From Candidatus Hydrogenedentota bacterium (GTDB lineage Bacteria; Hydrogenedentota; Hydrogenedentia; Hydrogenedentales; SLHB01), in NCBI GenBank assembly GCA_963745075.1, contig CAVUWV010000032.1:1-64000 (forward strand): DNA of 64,000 nucleotides, read 5' to 3'. Under the pieces are notes generated by a model that was not told where the DNA came from, made no database searches, and was given only the letters and a program-made list of their open reading frames with translations. Below are positions 19,045 through 29,987 of this stretch, piece by piece. Both the position numbers and the translations under genes were made by a program. Numbering within the stretch: the first letter of the stretch is position 1; every line of letters starts with the position of its first letter.

Positions 19045-20415
19045 ATGCGCCAATCACGCCGGCAATTCCTGGTGGAAACCGCCGCACTTTCGGCAACGGT
19101 TATGGGAACTCGTTGCGCTTCCGTCGGACCTCAAGCGTCGTCACGACCGAACTTCGTGATCGTCCTCTGTGACGATCTCGGATACGGCGATCTCGCCTGC
19201 TACGACAACCCCCTTATCGAGACGCCGCGCCTGGATCGGTTCGCGGAAGAAGGCGTGCGCCTCACGGACTGCTACGCGGCAGCGCCCGTGTGCTCGCCGT
19301 CACGCGCAGGCATGCTCACGGGCAGGAATCCGTACCGCTGCAACATCCCGGACTGGATTCCCGAGGGGTCGCCCGTACGGCTCCAGAAGAACGAGGTAAC
19401 GGTGGCATCCCTCCTTCGCGGCGCGGGTTACCGCACCTGCCACAGCGGAAAGTGGCACTGCAACGGCGCCATGGACGGTTCGCAGCCCACGCCCGGCGAC
19501 CACGGGTTCGACCACTGGTTTTCCACGCAGAACAATGCCCACCCCTCCCACCGGAACCCCGACAACTTCGTCCGCAACGGCGAACCGGTCGGTCCGTTGG
19601 AAGGGTATTCATGCACGCTCATCGTGGACGAGGCGATCCGTTTCCTCGACGGGGTGAATGACGACCCGTTCCTGCTGTTTGTGTGGTTTCACTCGCCCCA
19701 CGAACCGGTAGCCACCGCGCCGGAGTTCCAGGATCGCTACGCCGGTGAATCGGATGACACGAAGCGCATCTACTACGGCAATGTTACCCAGATGGATTTC
19801 GAGACGGGCCGCTTGTTGGACGCCCTCGACGTGCGAGGGCTGCGCGACAACACCTTCGTGTTCTTTACGAGCGACAACGGCCCCGAAACCTTGAACCGGT
19901 ACCGGGGCGCGTCCCATTCGCACGGGTCGCCGGGACCGCTAAAGGGCATGAAACTGCACATGCACGAAGGCGGCATCCGCGTCCCCGGCATCGTCCGCTG
20001 GCCGGGTCATACACAAGCGGGCACGACATCTGCCGAGCCCGTCAACAGCACCGACGTACTGCCGACGTTATGCTCCATTGTGGGGATTGACGCGCCGGAA
20101 GACCGACCCATTGACGGGGCGGATTTCTCTCCACTCATTCGCCGGTTGCCAATTCAACGCAAGCGCCCCTTGTACTGGCGGTACGACAAGGCCTTGACGA
20201 ACGCGAAGGTCGCCATGCGCGAGGGAGACTGGAAGATCCTGGCCGACGCGTCTTTGGGTGCGCTGGAACTCTACAACCTGCGCGCCGACCCCACGGAGAG
20301 CCAAAACCTCGCGGACGCAGACCCAAAAAAGGCATCCGAAATGGCCCTTCACCTGCGTACGATCCACACAGAAATCGCGGAAGAAGCCCAGGTTTTGGGC
20401 GGGGTTCCATCGTAA
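19045..20415 (+). CDS. Tat-exported sulfatase (S1, Cys-type)
   Basis: SRRQFL, DDLGYGD, CSPSRAGMLTGR, GKWH, SDNG and EGGIRVP motifs. Confidence 0.92.
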   Translation: MRQSRRQFLVETAALSATVMGTRCASVGPQASSRPNFVIVLCDDLGYGDLACYDNPLIETPRLDRFAEEGVRLTDCYAAAPVCSPSRAGMLTGRNPYRCNIPDWIPEGSPVRLQKNEVTVASLLRGAGYRTCHSGKWHCNGAMDGSQPTPGDHGFDHWFSTQNNAHPSHRNPDNFVRNGEPVGPLEGYSCTLIVDEAIRFLDGVNDDPFLLFVWFHSPHEPVATAPEFQDRYAGESDDTKRIYYGNVTQMDFETGRLLDALDVRGLRDNTFVFFTSDNGPETLNRYRGASHSHGSPGPLKGMKLHMHEGGIRVPGIVRWPGHTQAGTTSAEPVNSTDVLPTLCSIVGIDAPEDRPIDGADFSPLIRRLPIQRKRPLYWRYDKALTNAKVAMREGDWKILADASLGALELYNLRADPTESQNLADADPKKASEMALHLRTIHTEIAEEAQVLGGVPS

Positions 20416-20630
20416 ACGATTACTTGGCAACACTTTTAATACCAAAAGTTCTTCGACTGGCGACACTCCGGACACCGCTTCCCGGCGTCGTCACGGTACG
20501 CGCGATAGCCAGCCCGTTCTCAGACATGGATTGGCGGTGAACCTGAATATACTTAACGTCGAGGGGATCGGGGGCAACTTCAAACTACAGTGAGGGATGT
20601 CCGGCATCGAGCAGTTGGAAGGATGCATGC

Positions 20631-21263
20631 ATGGCCAGAGGCTATACCGAAGACCAGATCGCGGAATTCATGCGGCTGCTGGAGAAGCACCGAGACGAGT
20701 TCTATCGCTACGTGCTCCGGACGGTCTGGGACTCAAACGTCGCGGAGGACGTCTTTCAATCGGCGGTCCTGGCGGCCTACGAGAACTATCACAAATTCAC
20801 CCCGGGCACGAATTTTCGCGCCTGGGTCTATCGGATCATCACGAACAAGTGTTTCGTGGCGAATCGAGAAACGAGCCGGTCGTTCCAACCGCTCGAAAAC
20901 GCGGAGTTGAATCTGGTCGCCGTCGAGGAGAAGCCGGGATACGCGGATATTCTGAAGAATCCCGCTGAGTTTCTCGAGCAATGCGGCGACGAAGTGCACC
21001 GGGCCTTCCGGCGCCTGAGCACGGCCGAGCGGTCCTGCATTCTCCTTCGGGCGGCCGATCGATTCTCCTATCAGGAGATCGCGGAAATCCTGGAAATGCC
21101 GGTTGGCACGGTAATGACACATCTCTCCCGGGGCCGCGCGAAACTCCGCAGCGACCTCCTGGACTACGCACAAGAAGAAGGGATCGTTCGTACTTATCCC
21201 CGGCTGGTAGCACGCGATAAACCGGCCGAGAATACGAAGAAAGAGCAAGGGTCAACGTCATGA
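20631..21263 (+). CDS. ECF-family RNA polymerase sigma factor
   Basis: AEDVFQ, FRAWVYRI (region 2) and FSYQEIAEILEMPVGTVMTHLSRGR (region 4). Confidence 0.92.
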   Translation: MARGYTEDQIAEFMRLLEKHRDEFYRYVLRTVWDSNVAEDVFQSAVLAAYENYHKFTPGTNFRAWVYRIITNKCFVANRETSRSFQPLENAELNLVAVEEKPGYADILKNPAEFLEQCGDEVHRAFRRLSTAERSCILLRAADRFSYQEIAEILEMPVGTVMTHLSRGRAKLRSDLLDYAQEEGIVRTYPRLVARDKPAENTKKEQGSTS

Positions 21264-22021
21264 GTATGCAACGAGAACACCGGTGGTCCGCGTACCTCGA
21301 TGGCGAGCTGTCCGCTTCGGAGGCCGCTGAATTCGACGAGTCGCTCACTCTCGAGGAGCAGCAGCGGCTGCAAGCGGAAGTCCGGTTCGAGGGAGCCTTG
21401 GGCGAATTCCTCAGTCAGGGCGGCGAATGCCCGAACGACGTGTGGCACCGGGCTACAAAGGCGTTGGCGCGCAAGGGCGGGCGAATTCCATGGTGGATGC
21501 CGACCCGGCATGCGGCAACTTTCGTGGCAGCGGCCGCAGTCATGTTGATCGTTGCGGGCGTCGTGTATCGCGTGCAGTTCGCAACCCCGGCTTTTCTCAG
21601 CCTGGCGAACGGTGACTACCCCACAGCCGAATCCCGACTAGCGCTGAATACCGGCGATCTGTCCGAGGTAAACGAGTATCTTCATACCCATGGCATCGCC
21701 TTGGTGCTGCATGCTCCGTCCAAGCACTACCACGTCCACGGCGCCCGTGGCCGTGAACTGCGCGGGGCAAGCGAAGCCTCGTACAAGGGCGAGACGGTCA
21801 CGGAGATTATGTTTGAGTGCTGCGGCAGACCGTTGAAGGTGGTCATTGTGCCCAAAACGGGACCGGCTGCGGGGGCCGTCCGAAGGGCCATCGAACGTGA
21901 CCAGGTTCAGGAATTCCGCTCGATTGGCGACTACGTCGCCGTGACGGTTGGGCGCCATCCGGCGCATGGGCTGCTCGATCTGCTCAGTGACGAGTCAGGG
22001 GACCCGCTCCTCGACGCGTAA
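21260..22021 (+). CDS. Membrane-anchored anti-sigma factor
   Basis: ATGA overlap with the ECF gene; SAYLDGEL N-terminal motif; a single TM helix and an extracytoplasmic domain. Confidence 0.8.
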   Translation: MSMQREHRWSAYLDGELSASEAAEFDESLTLEEQQRLQAEVRFEGALGEFLSQGGECPNDVWHRATKALARKGGRIPWWMPTRHAATFVAAAAVMLIVAGVVYRVQFATPAFLSLANGDYPTAESRLALNTGDLSEVNEYLHTHGIALVLHAPSKHYHVHGARGRELRGASEASYKGETVTEIMFECCGRPLKVVIVPKTGPAAGAVRRAIERDQVQEFRSIGDYVAVTVGRHPAHGLLDLLSDESGDPLLDA

Positions 22022-22122
22022 GGACTGTCCAGTCCTCGGGTATCTGCTGTAGCCGGTACAGCGTGCCTACGGAGTTTCCTCCTGCATTGGCCACAAACCT
22101 TATTATGGGGTAGGCTGGGGGC

Positions 22123-23565
22123 ATGTTGTACAGATTCTCCCGGCATGGTTGGGTTTTCGCGGGCGTCTTGGTGCTCGTCTATTGCGCGTCCCTCACGCTG
22201 CTGAGCGGACAATTCATTTACGGTGAAGGACACGCGTCGCGGCCCATCGTGCTGGTATTGGGAATGTATTCCCTGGGCTGGATTGGGTTCGCCCTCGCCG
22301 TATGGTTGGCCGTCCGTGACGCGAATCTCCCGGTATCCGGCATGTTGGCGGTTGCACTCCTGGCGCGGCTGATTCTGCTTCCTTCCAATTTGATTCAGGA
22401 AAACGACTGCTATCGCTACGTGCTCGACGGCGAAGCGCTGCTTAACGGCGTGAACCCGTACGGGTATTCCCCGGAAGACATGGCCTGGGAGGCACCGGCT
22501 CACTTTCGCGAAGCGCTCAATTCGCCTGAAGCCCAGGCGGTCCTGTCACGCGTGGGTTATCCCGAAATTCCGACCATTTATCCGCCCGCAGCACAGGGCG
22601 CCTTTGCGCTGGGTGCCTTGCTCACGCCGTGGAGTTGGATGGGTCAGCGAATCGTTCTCCTGGCAGGCGACATTGCCACCATCAGCGTCCTCCTGGGGCT
22701 CCTCCGCAACGCGGCGTTGCCGTTGAAAAGGCTCGTGTTCTACGCGTGGAACCCGTTGATATTAAAAGAGGTTATAAATTCCGTCCACATCGATGGACTG
22801 GTGGCCTTGGGGCTGGCCTTGACAATCTTGTGTCTCGCGAAAAGTCTGGAAAAGGAAAGAAGTGCCGGGTGGGCCGCGCTAGCGGGATGTGCTCTCGCCG
22901 GTGCAGTCCTTACCAAACTGTACCCGATTCTGCTGGCACCCATCGCCGCCGGATTCCTGTGGAACGCGAGGCGGAAGTATCTGACGGCACTGGCGTTCTG
23001 GTTTACGTTTGCAACGGTCATCGTGGCGGCCTATTGGCCTTTCCTGGGCGTAGGCTGGGAACAATTGACCGCAGGTCTCCGGACCTACGCCGGGGAATGG
23101 CGTCGAAACGACGGCGCCTTTGCACTGCTGGTGATGGCGACGCCCTATCCGCGAGCGTGTGCGGCCGCCATCGCCGTGATCGCGACCGTCATTGCTGCCG
23201 GTATCGCGACCCGTTCCCGCGGCAAGCTCACGGCACTGGTGCGAGCCTGTCAGGTTGCGCTGCTCGCGTGGTTCCTGTTCCTCCCGGCGGCGTATCCCTG
23301 GTACGCCGTTGGACTTCTGGTGATTGCCACGTTGCGGCCCCGGCCGTGGGGCGTCGTGTTAAGCGGCGTTTTCGGCCTGTATTACCTTCAATTCTGGGTG
23401 GATTATCACGAACTGCCGGCCCACTGGCATGCAGCGATAGCGGCGGCCGAACATGGATCCGTCTGGATTGCTGTCGTCGTTCCGTTCCTTGCCGCGATTC
23501 GCGGCAAGCGTCGTCCGCACGAAATCTCTACCCGAACTGGTGACATAGGAACGGCAGGCGGGTGA
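22123..23565 (+). CDS. GT-C fold membrane glycosyltransferase (GT87/DUF2029-like)
   Basis: NDCYRYVLDG, NPY, TIYPP, AWNPL, HIDG, KLYP and YPWY motifs. Confidence 0.75.
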   Translation: MLYRFSRHGWVFAGVLVLVYCASLTLLSGQFIYGEGHASRPIVLVLGMYSLGWIGFALAVWLAVRDANLPVSGMLAVALLARLILLPSNLIQENDCYRYVLDGEALLNGVNPYGYSPEDMAWEAPAHFREALNSPEAQAVLSRVGYPEIPTIYPPAAQGAFALGALLTPWSWMGQRIVLLAGDIATISVLLGLLRNAALPLKRLVFYAWNPLILKEVINSVHIDGLVALGLALTILCLAKSLEKERSAGWAALAGCALAGAVLTKLYPILLAPIAAGFLWNARRKYLTALAFWFTFATVIVAAYWPFLGVGWEQLTAGLRTYAGEWRRNDGAFALLVMATPYPRACAAAIAVIATVIAAGIATRSRGKLTALVRACQVALLAWFLFLPAAYPWYAVGLLVIATLRPRPWGVVLSGVFGLYYLQFWVDYHELPAHWHAAIAAAEHGSVWIAVVVPFLAAIRGKRRPHEISTRTGDIGTAGG

Positions 23566-23713
23566 ATAGATCAGATGAGAAGTGGGTCCCTCCCAGTTGA
23601 ATACGCGAAGCCTTACGAATGGCTGCGGGGTCTCGCGTGCGGGCACCCCTCACCCGCGATTCGGACCCGGCTTCTCAGCCCTGATCCCCACCCCTCCCCA
23701 TTATCCGAGACGG

Positions 23714-23741
23714 GCCCGCGCCTCCCCCCGAAGGCGCGGGC
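23714..23741. terminator. Hairpin between convergent genes
   Basis: GCCCGCGCCT...AGGCGCGGGC 10-bp stem. Confidence 0.4.
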
Positions 23742-23798
23742 TCCAGGGCTTTCTCTTCGGGTAGTAGCCCGCCCTTCATTGGATCTTCGATCTCTCGG

Positions 23799-24512
23799 CT
23801 ACCGCCATTCCATCAGCGCGCTATTCAATGCCTGCTCCACCCGCCGCCGCGGCTGGTGAAAATAAATCATGCCGTGCCCCGGCAGCATCAAGTCGATATC
23901 CACCTTCGCAAAACGTTTCAACGATTCCAGGTAAACGGGCTTGTTGAAGTCGATCGATCCGCTCCAGCCGAAATCGCCGGCCAGCAACGTTCCGATCACG
24001 TCGCCGCTCACCACGATTCGCCTTTCTTCGTAGTCGAACAGATAGGCTGTGCACCCCATGCTGTGACCGGGCAAATGCATGACCTCGATGTCGAGCCCCA
24101 GCACGGAGATCCGGTCGCCGTCGCGCACGACGTGGTCCGCTTCGCAGGGGGTATAGGTCTTATGGTAGAGGTATCCGCAACACCGCTCATCGCCGGAGCG
24201 CATGGCATCGGCCGTGTTCTCGTGCGCCCACAGCGGAATTCCCCGGGCTTTCAGCCGGTGCGCGCCGGCGGCGTGGTCGAAATGGGGATGGGTTAATATG
24301 CAGGCCTTCACGTTGTCCAACGACAACCCCCAATACGCCATGTTGCCGGCGATTTGGTCCAACGTGTCGCCGCAACCGCAATCGAACATGATCAACCCGT
24401 CGGGCGCGGCTAAGACATACGTATTGGCATCGTTAAATCCGGCGTCGACACCGTCCCACGTAATCCCGTTCAAGTCGCCGCCAACCTGATAGAGCCCTTT
24501 CAAGACCTGCAT
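23799..24512 (-). CDS. MBL-fold metallo-hydrolase
   Basis: THPHFDH, PGHS, SGD and PGHG motifs. Confidence 0.88.
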   Translation of the reverse strand: MQVLKGLYQVGGDLNGITWDGVDAGFNDANTYVLAAPDGLIMFDCGCGDTLDQIAGNMAYWGLSLDNVKACILTHPHFDHAAGAHRLKARGIPLWAHENTADAMRSGDERCCGYLYHKTYTPCEADHVVRDGDRISVLGLDIEVMHLPGHSMGCTAYLFDYEERRIVVSGDVIGTLLAGDFGWSGSIDFNKPVYLESLKRFAKVDIDLMLPGHGMIYFHQPRRRVEQALNSALMEWR

Positions 24513-24696
24513 CGTGTCGCTCCCTCACGCGCCTTCCATACGGCGCAAATGACATCCATAGGTAGAGCAACTAGAATACATAAGCCGTGCGGCGCTGAGA
24601 AAGCGGCAGCCATATCGGCTGAAATGGAATGGTACGCGAGGCGGGCTTGTTTGTTCCGTGAAGGCGAGTTCCTGCAAAACCTGGAATGCCCAGTTC

Positions 24697-26970
24697 ATGA
24701 CTCACCGCACCAAATCGCTCTACGCGCAGCCCTTACACCGTAGGGGACCGGCTTGCCGGCTTCTGCTCGGCGCAGCATTGGCGATCGTGCAGGCATGCGG
24801 ACAGACCACAACCCCTTCGGAGGACACGTGCGCCATGGTGACACGGCACGACGCCGCCCCAAAGCATACGAACCGGCTCATCGACTCGACGAGCCCCTAT
24901 CTCCTGCAACACGCTCACAATCCGGTGGACTGGTATCCCTGGGGCGAGGAAGCCATCCAGAAAGCGAAGGATGAGGATAAACCCATCTTCTTGTCCATCG
25001 GATATTCCGCATGCCACTGGTGCCACGTGATGGAGCGGGAGTCCTTCGAAAACGAAGATGTCGCCAAGATCCTGAACGAGCACTTCGTCGCCATCAAGGT
25101 CGACCGCGAAGAACGACCGGACATTGACGAAATCTACATGACGGCCGTGCAAATCATGACGGGCAGCGGCGGCTGGCCCATGAGCGTGTTTCTCACGCCC
25201 GACCTCAAGCCGTTTTACGGCGGGACCTACTATCCGCCCGAAGACATGGTGGGCCGTCCCGGGTTCAAGACCCTGCTGCGTTCCATCGCGGACGCCTGGG
25301 TGAACCGGCGTGATGAGGTCATGCAAAGCGCGGAGCAATTGACCCAATACGTGCGCCAGAGCCAGGACATGCGCACCGGCACAGCGTCGGACGTTGAAGG
25401 TGAATTGCTCCAGGACGCCGTAAATGAATTGCGAGGAACGTTCGATTCGGTCCACGGCGGTTGGGGCACCGCGCCGAAGTTTCCGTCGAGCCCAAGCATC
25501 GAGCTGCTGCTCCGTCAATACCTCCACACGGGCGAAACGGATTTGCGCGAGATGGCCACGCAGACCCTCACCGAAATGTACCGCGGCGGTATGTACGATC
25601 ATCTCGGCGGCGGATTTCATCGGTACTCGGTGGACGCGGAATGGTTGGTGCCGCACTTCGAGAAGATGCTGTACGACAACGCCCAATTGAGCGAGGTGTA
25701 TCTTGACGCGTATCAGGCGAGCGGCGATCCGCTCTACGCGCGCGTGGCACGGGAAATTCTCGACTACGAGATTCGCGACATGCAGGACAAGGGCCGCGCG
25801 TTTTACTGTACCGAAGACGCGGACAGCGAAGGCAAGGAAGGTATCTTCTACACGTGGCGGTACGACGAGATCCTTTCCCACCTCGGTGAAGACGACGGCA
25901 AACTGTTTTGCACGTACTACAGCGTGAAGCCCGAAGGGAATTTCACATCGCACGAACCTTACCACAAAGGGCTGAATATCCTGCACATTACCCAAGATCC
26001 ACACACGATCGCGAAGGACGCGGGACTCACGGTAGAGGAACTCGAAAAACGAATCGCCGCGAGCCGAAAGAAACTGATGGCCGTTCGCGAGCAACGCGTT
26101 CGCCCCGGGTTGGACGACAAGATCCTGACGTTGTGGAACGGACTGATCGTGGGGTCTCTCGCGCAGGCGTACGCCATACTTGGCGACGATCGGTATCGTG
26201 ATGCCGCGACGCGTACGGCGAATTTCATCCTGACCGATATGTCGCGGGACGGAGTCTTGTTGCGCACCTGCCGGAACGGTGAAGCCCACATTCCCGGCTA
26301 TCTCGACGACTACGCCTTCTTCACGTCGGGGTTGATTGAACTCTACGAAGCGACCTTCGACCTTCGCTGGCTGGCCGAGGCGGACCGTCTGTCTCAAGCG
26401 ATGATCGACCAGTTCTGGGACGAGTCCGGTGGTGGGTTTTACTTTACGCGCGCCGGGCAGGAGGACGTCCTCACGCGGACCAAGCCGACGTACGACGGCG
26501 CGGAGCCGTCAGGCAATTCGATGGCCGCGTGGGTTTTGCTGCGTCTTGCCAAACTGACCGACAACCACGAGTACGCGGAGAAGGCAAATCGCATACTGCG
26601 TATTAACCAGGCAAATATGAAAAGCGCTCCGCGTGGATTCATGAAGATGTTGTGCGTGGTCGATTTTCATCTAACGCCGACACAGGAAATCGCGATTGCG
26701 GGCAAAGAAGACTCCGATGCGGTGCACGGCTTTCTCGCGGCGCTGTATCATCAGTACATTCCCAACAAAGTCGTCGCACTTATCGACCCGGACAGCAAAG
26801 ACGCGGTGGCACTCGAAAAACGCGTCCCCCTGTTGGCGGCAAAGACGCTCGTCAACGGGCAACCGGCAGCCTATGTGTGCGAGAATTACGCGTGCCAACA
26901 GCCGGTGACTACGCCGGCGGCCATGCTGAAGACGTTGGGAGCCTTGGGCAACCGTAACCGATCGGACTGA
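24697..26970 (+). CDS. Thioredoxin-domain protein YyaL/SSP411 (DUF255 plus alpha/alpha toroid)
   Basis: [34 protein letters not shown] and [11 protein letters not shown]. Alternative start at ATG 24835. Confidence 0.9.
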   Translation: MTHRTKSLYAQPLHRRGPACRLLLGAALAIVQACGQTTTPSEDTCAMVTRHDAAPKHTNRLIDSTSPYLLQHAHNPVDWYPWGEEAIQKAKDEDKPIFLSIGYSACHWCHVMERESFENEDVAKILNEHFVAIKVDREERPDIDEIYMTAVQIMTGSGGWPMSVFLTPDLKPFYGGTYYPPEDMVGRPGFKTLLRSIADAWVNRRDEVMQSAEQLTQYVRQSQDMRTGTASDVEGELLQDAVNELRGTFDSVHGGWGTAPKFPSSPSIELLLRQYLHTGETDLREMATQTLTEMYRGGMYDHLGGGFHRYSVDAEWLVPHFEKMLYDNAQLSEVYLDAYQASGDPLYARVAREILDYEIRDMQDKGRAFYCTEDADSEGKEGIFYTWRYDEILSHLGEDDGKLFCTYYSVKPEGNFTSHEPYHKGLNILHITQDPHTIAKDAGLTVEELEKRIAASRKKLMAVREQRVRPGLDDKILTLWNGLIVGSLAQAYAILGDDRYRDAATRTANFILTDMSRDGVLLRTCRNGEAHIPGYLDDYAFFTSGLIELYEATFDLRWLAEADRLSQAMIDQFWDESGGGFYFTRAGQEDVLTRTKPTYDGAEPSGNSMAAWVLLRLAKLTDNHEYAEKANRILRINQANMKSAPRGFMKMLCVVDFHLTPTQEIAIAGKEDSDAVHGFLAALYHQYIPNKVVALIDPDSKDAVALEKRVPLLAAKTLVNGQPAAYVCENYACQQPVTTPAAMLKTLGALGNRNRSD

Positions 26971-26993
26971 TCCATCCGATCCGTCCGATCAAA
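26958..26993. repeat. Degenerate 9-bp tandem repeat over the YyaL stop codon
   Basis: CCGATCGGA CTGATCCAT CCGATCCGT CCGATCAAA. Confidence 0.55.
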
Positions 26994-27037
26994 CAACGAC
27001 ATGAAACACGAACTCTCGGCCGTATCGAGGATCTGTA

Positions 27038-28795
27038 ATGAACCGTAAAGTAGTTTCCTCCAGGCTCGCCGCCCTTGCGTTGGTAATGACGGCTCTTCCC
27101 GTGTATGCACAATTCGGTAACCCGCCGGACATACTTTCGGCCGACGTGCAACTCGAGCGAAGCGGCGTACAACCCGGCCACACGATCCGCGCCGCGGTGA
27201 TTGCGACGGTCAAGACGCCCTATCACATCAACGCCCACAAACCCCTCGATGCGTTCCTCATTCCAACCACGTTAACGTTGGATCCGCCGGATGGTGTAAC
27301 CATTCAGGAAACGGTCTATCCCGAAGCGGAGAACAAGAACTTTTCGTTCTCCCCCGACGATCCCGTAGCGGTGTACGAAGGGGAAGTTCCTATCGGGGTC
27401 GTGTTGAAGGTTGCCGACAGCGTCGCCCCGGGTGAACTTTCCGTGCCCGGAACAATTCGCTACCAGGCATGCAACGACACGCAATGCCTTCCCCCGACCA
27501 CAGTCGACGTCACGATTCCGCTGAAGGTGCTCGCGCCCGGCGAACCTGCCGAACCCACCGGCGCGGCCGTGTTCGGCCAAATCGCCTTCGGCACCGGCGC
27601 GGCACCCGAGACGAAGGAACCGGCGCCGGAACCCGCATCACAATCTGCCGGAGCGGAGGCGGATGGCGACTGGAAAGAACTTTTGTCTCAGTTCACGATT
27701 GCGGGACAGACCGGCGGGTACCTGAAGGCGGAGAAGTTCATCGACTTTATCGACGCGTCGGAAAGCGGAGAGGGATTTTCCCAATCCTCGTTCTTCGCGG
27801 GCAAGAGCCTGATTGCCGTAGTCCTGCTTACCGTATTGGGCGGGCTCCTGTTGAACCTCACGCCCTGCGTGTTGCCGTTGATCCCCATCAACCTCGCCAT
27901 CATCGGCGCCGGTGCCCAAGCCGGATCTCGCGCGAAGGGTTTTGCCCTCGGTGGTTTGTATGGCCTCGGCATCGCCGGCGTCTACGGCGTGCTCGGCCTT
28001 ATTGCCGTGCTCGGCGCCGGTACCTTCGGCACCATCAACGCGTCACCTTGGTTCAACTTCGCCATCGCAATTATCTTCGTGATCCTGGCCCTCGCCATGT
28101 TTGACGTGATCCTCATCGACTTCACCAAGTTTCAAAGCAAACTCGGTATTAAAAAGGAAAAGGGTAGCTTTGTCTTCGCGTTAATTATGGGTTCCATCAA
28201 CGCGCTGCTTGCAGGCGCATGCGTGGCGCCGGTCGTGATTGCGGTGATTCTATATGCGCAACAGGCCTACGCGGACGGTTCCCCAGTCGGTTTGGCGCTG
28301 CCATTCTTGCTTGGCGTGGGCATGGCCTTGCCATGGCCGTTCGTCGGCGCGGGTCTTTCGTTCCTGCCCAAGCCCGGCATGTGGATGGTGCGTGTGAAAC
28401 AAGCCTTCGGCGTGTTCATTCTCGGGTTCGCGATCTACTACGGCTACCTCGGCTACACCTTGTTCCGCGATCAATACCTCGTCGATCGCGAGGCCGTCGT
28501 CGCCAGTGCAAAAGATCTCACGGAGGAAGGTTGGATCCCGTCCCTCGACGAAGGCCTAGCCTTGGCCAAGAAAGAGAATAAACCCGTCCTCATCGACTTC
28601 TGGGCCACGTGGTGCAAGAACTGCCTCGTTATGAACGAGACCACCTTTCAAGACCCCGCCGTACTCGACCGGCTCAAAGGCTACGTGAAGATAAAGTACC
28701 AGGCCGAACAACCCGACCAGCCTCCCGCCAGCGAAATACTGTCGAATTTCGACTACGTCGGGCTCCCCTTGTACGTGATCCTGAAGCCCCAATGA
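27038..28795 (+). CDS. dsbD: Thiol:disulfide interchange protein DsbD
   Basis: Signal peptide, YQACNDTQCLPP alpha domain, LTPCVLP and GACVAP TM cysteines, WATWCKNC thioredoxin domain. Confidence 0.88.
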   Translation: MNRKVVSSRLAALALVMTALPVYAQFGNPPDILSADVQLERSGVQPGHTIRAAVIATVKTPYHINAHKPLDAFLIPTTLTLDPPDGVTIQETVYPEAENKNFSFSPDDPVAVYEGEVPIGVVLKVADSVAPGELSVPGTIRYQACNDTQCLPPTTVDVTIPLKVLAPGEPAEPTGAAVFGQIAFGTGAAPETKEPAPEPASQSAGAEADGDWKELLSQFTIAGQTGGYLKAEKFIDFIDASESGEGFSQSSFFAGKSLIAVVLLTVLGGLLLNLTPCVLPLIPINLAIIGAGAQAGSRAKGFALGGLYGLGIAGVYGVLGLIAVLGAGTFGTINASPWFNFAIAIIFVILALAMFDVILIDFTKFQSKLGIKKEKGSFVFALIMGSINALLAGACVAPVVIAVILYAQQAYADGSPVGLALPFLLGVGMALPWPFVGAGLSFLPKPGMWMVRVKQAFGVFILGFAIYYGYLGYTLFRDQYLVDREAVVASAKDLTEEGWIPSLDEGLALAKKENKPVLIDFWATWCKNCLVMNETTFQDPAVLDRLKGYVKIKYQAEQPDQPPASEILSNFDYVGLPLYVILKPQ

Positions 28796-28811
28796 CCTGA
28801 GCGATCGCTCC

Positions 28812-29849
28812 TTACGGCGAAACGACGACGCGCAGCCCGGCGCGATCTTCGGCGGCGGCGAAGGCTTCCGGCGCCTGGGCCAGGGGGAAGCGGTGCGAGA
28901 TGAACTGTTTGACGTCGACGACGCCGTCTGCGATGAGGTCGACGGCCTTTTGATGATGGCGCGGCATGCAGCCGTGTGACCCGCACACGAACAGTTCCTT
29001 GTAGTGAATGATATTCGTGTCGAGCGTCACGTTCGACTTGCCTTTCGGCAGGCCGCCAAAGAAGTTCACCCACGCCCGGTTCTTGGCCATGTTGATTGCA
29101 TCGATCTGGGCGTCGGGCGATGGACAAGCGGTCACGATTACGTCCGCGCCGAGTCCGTGGGTTACTTCCTTCACACGCGCGATGGCATCCTCCTCCGACG
29201 AGCAGATCAGCACGTCGGCGGGAAATTTCTTTGCCATTTCGAGGCGCGGTCGCGACCGCTGCACGACGATCACCTTACCCGCGCCCATCTTTTTCGCCAC
29301 CTCGACGAGCATCAGCCCGATGGGACCCGCGCCGATGATGACGACGGCGTCGCCGAACTTCACTGGTGACAGTTCCAGGGCGTTTAAGACGCAACCCAGG
29401 GGTTCGGCCAACGCGGCCTCTTCAAGCGATACGTGATCCGGCACTTTATGCACGGGGCCGTAGTTTACGACCATTCGATTCAGCTTCACGTACTCCGCAA
29501 AACTACCGGGGAACTGGTACCCCAACGCGTAATTGATCTGGCAGTTGTTGCCGATGCCGGCCTCGCAGAACACGCATTCGCCGCAAGGCACGTCGCCGCC
29601 CAGGGCGACCCGGTCGCCGGGTTTGAACTTGGTGACATGCTTTCCCACGCTTTCCACAACACCCGACGCTTCGTGCCCCATGATCGCAGGCGGCGTGAGG
29701 CGCGGGCTGCCGTGGTGGAACATGCGGATGTCCGATCCGCACACCGCACACGCGGCGACTTTCACCAGGACCTCGTCGTCCTCGATTTCGGGCGTGGGAA
29801 CGTCCCGCACAACGAGCGTGTCCAAATTCTCCAGAACTGCGGCTTTCAT
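28812..29849 (-). CDS. Zinc-dependent medium-chain (sugar alcohol/threonine-type) dehydrogenase
   Basis: CGSD, GHE, CGECVFC...C and GAGPIG motifs. Confidence 0.9.
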   Translation of the reverse strand: MKAAVLENLDTLVVRDVPTPEIEDDEVLVKVAACAVCGSDIRMFHHGSPRLTPPAIMGHEASGVVESVGKHVTKFKPGDRVALGGDVPCGECVFCEAGIGNNCQINYALGYQFPGSFAEYVKLNRMVVNYGPVHKVPDHVSLEEAALAEPLGCVLNALELSPVKFGDAVVIIGAGPIGLMLVEVAKKMGAGKVIVVQRSRPRLEMAKKFPADVLICSSEEDAIARVKEVTHGLGADVIVTACPSPDAQIDAINMAKNRAWVNFFGGLPKGKSNVTLDTNIIHYKELFVCGSHGCMPRHHQKAVDLIADGVVDVKQFISHRFPLAQAPEAFAAAEDRAGLRVVVSP

Positions 29850-29987
29850 GGGAATTCCTTTCACGGTTGGAAGAACGGATTATGACAGGATCTCCGCAAC
29901 ACGTGCAACGCATGTGGCAAGAACACACACGTTCTGCGCGGTCGAAATGCGCTTGGTAGGAAGAACTACGAAAGACCCGCAGACGGG

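Noticed and set aside
20531..20600. Autoregulatory ECF promoter (GAACC...CGTC)
   Set aside because: The spacer is only 13 bp, too short for typical ECF promoters.
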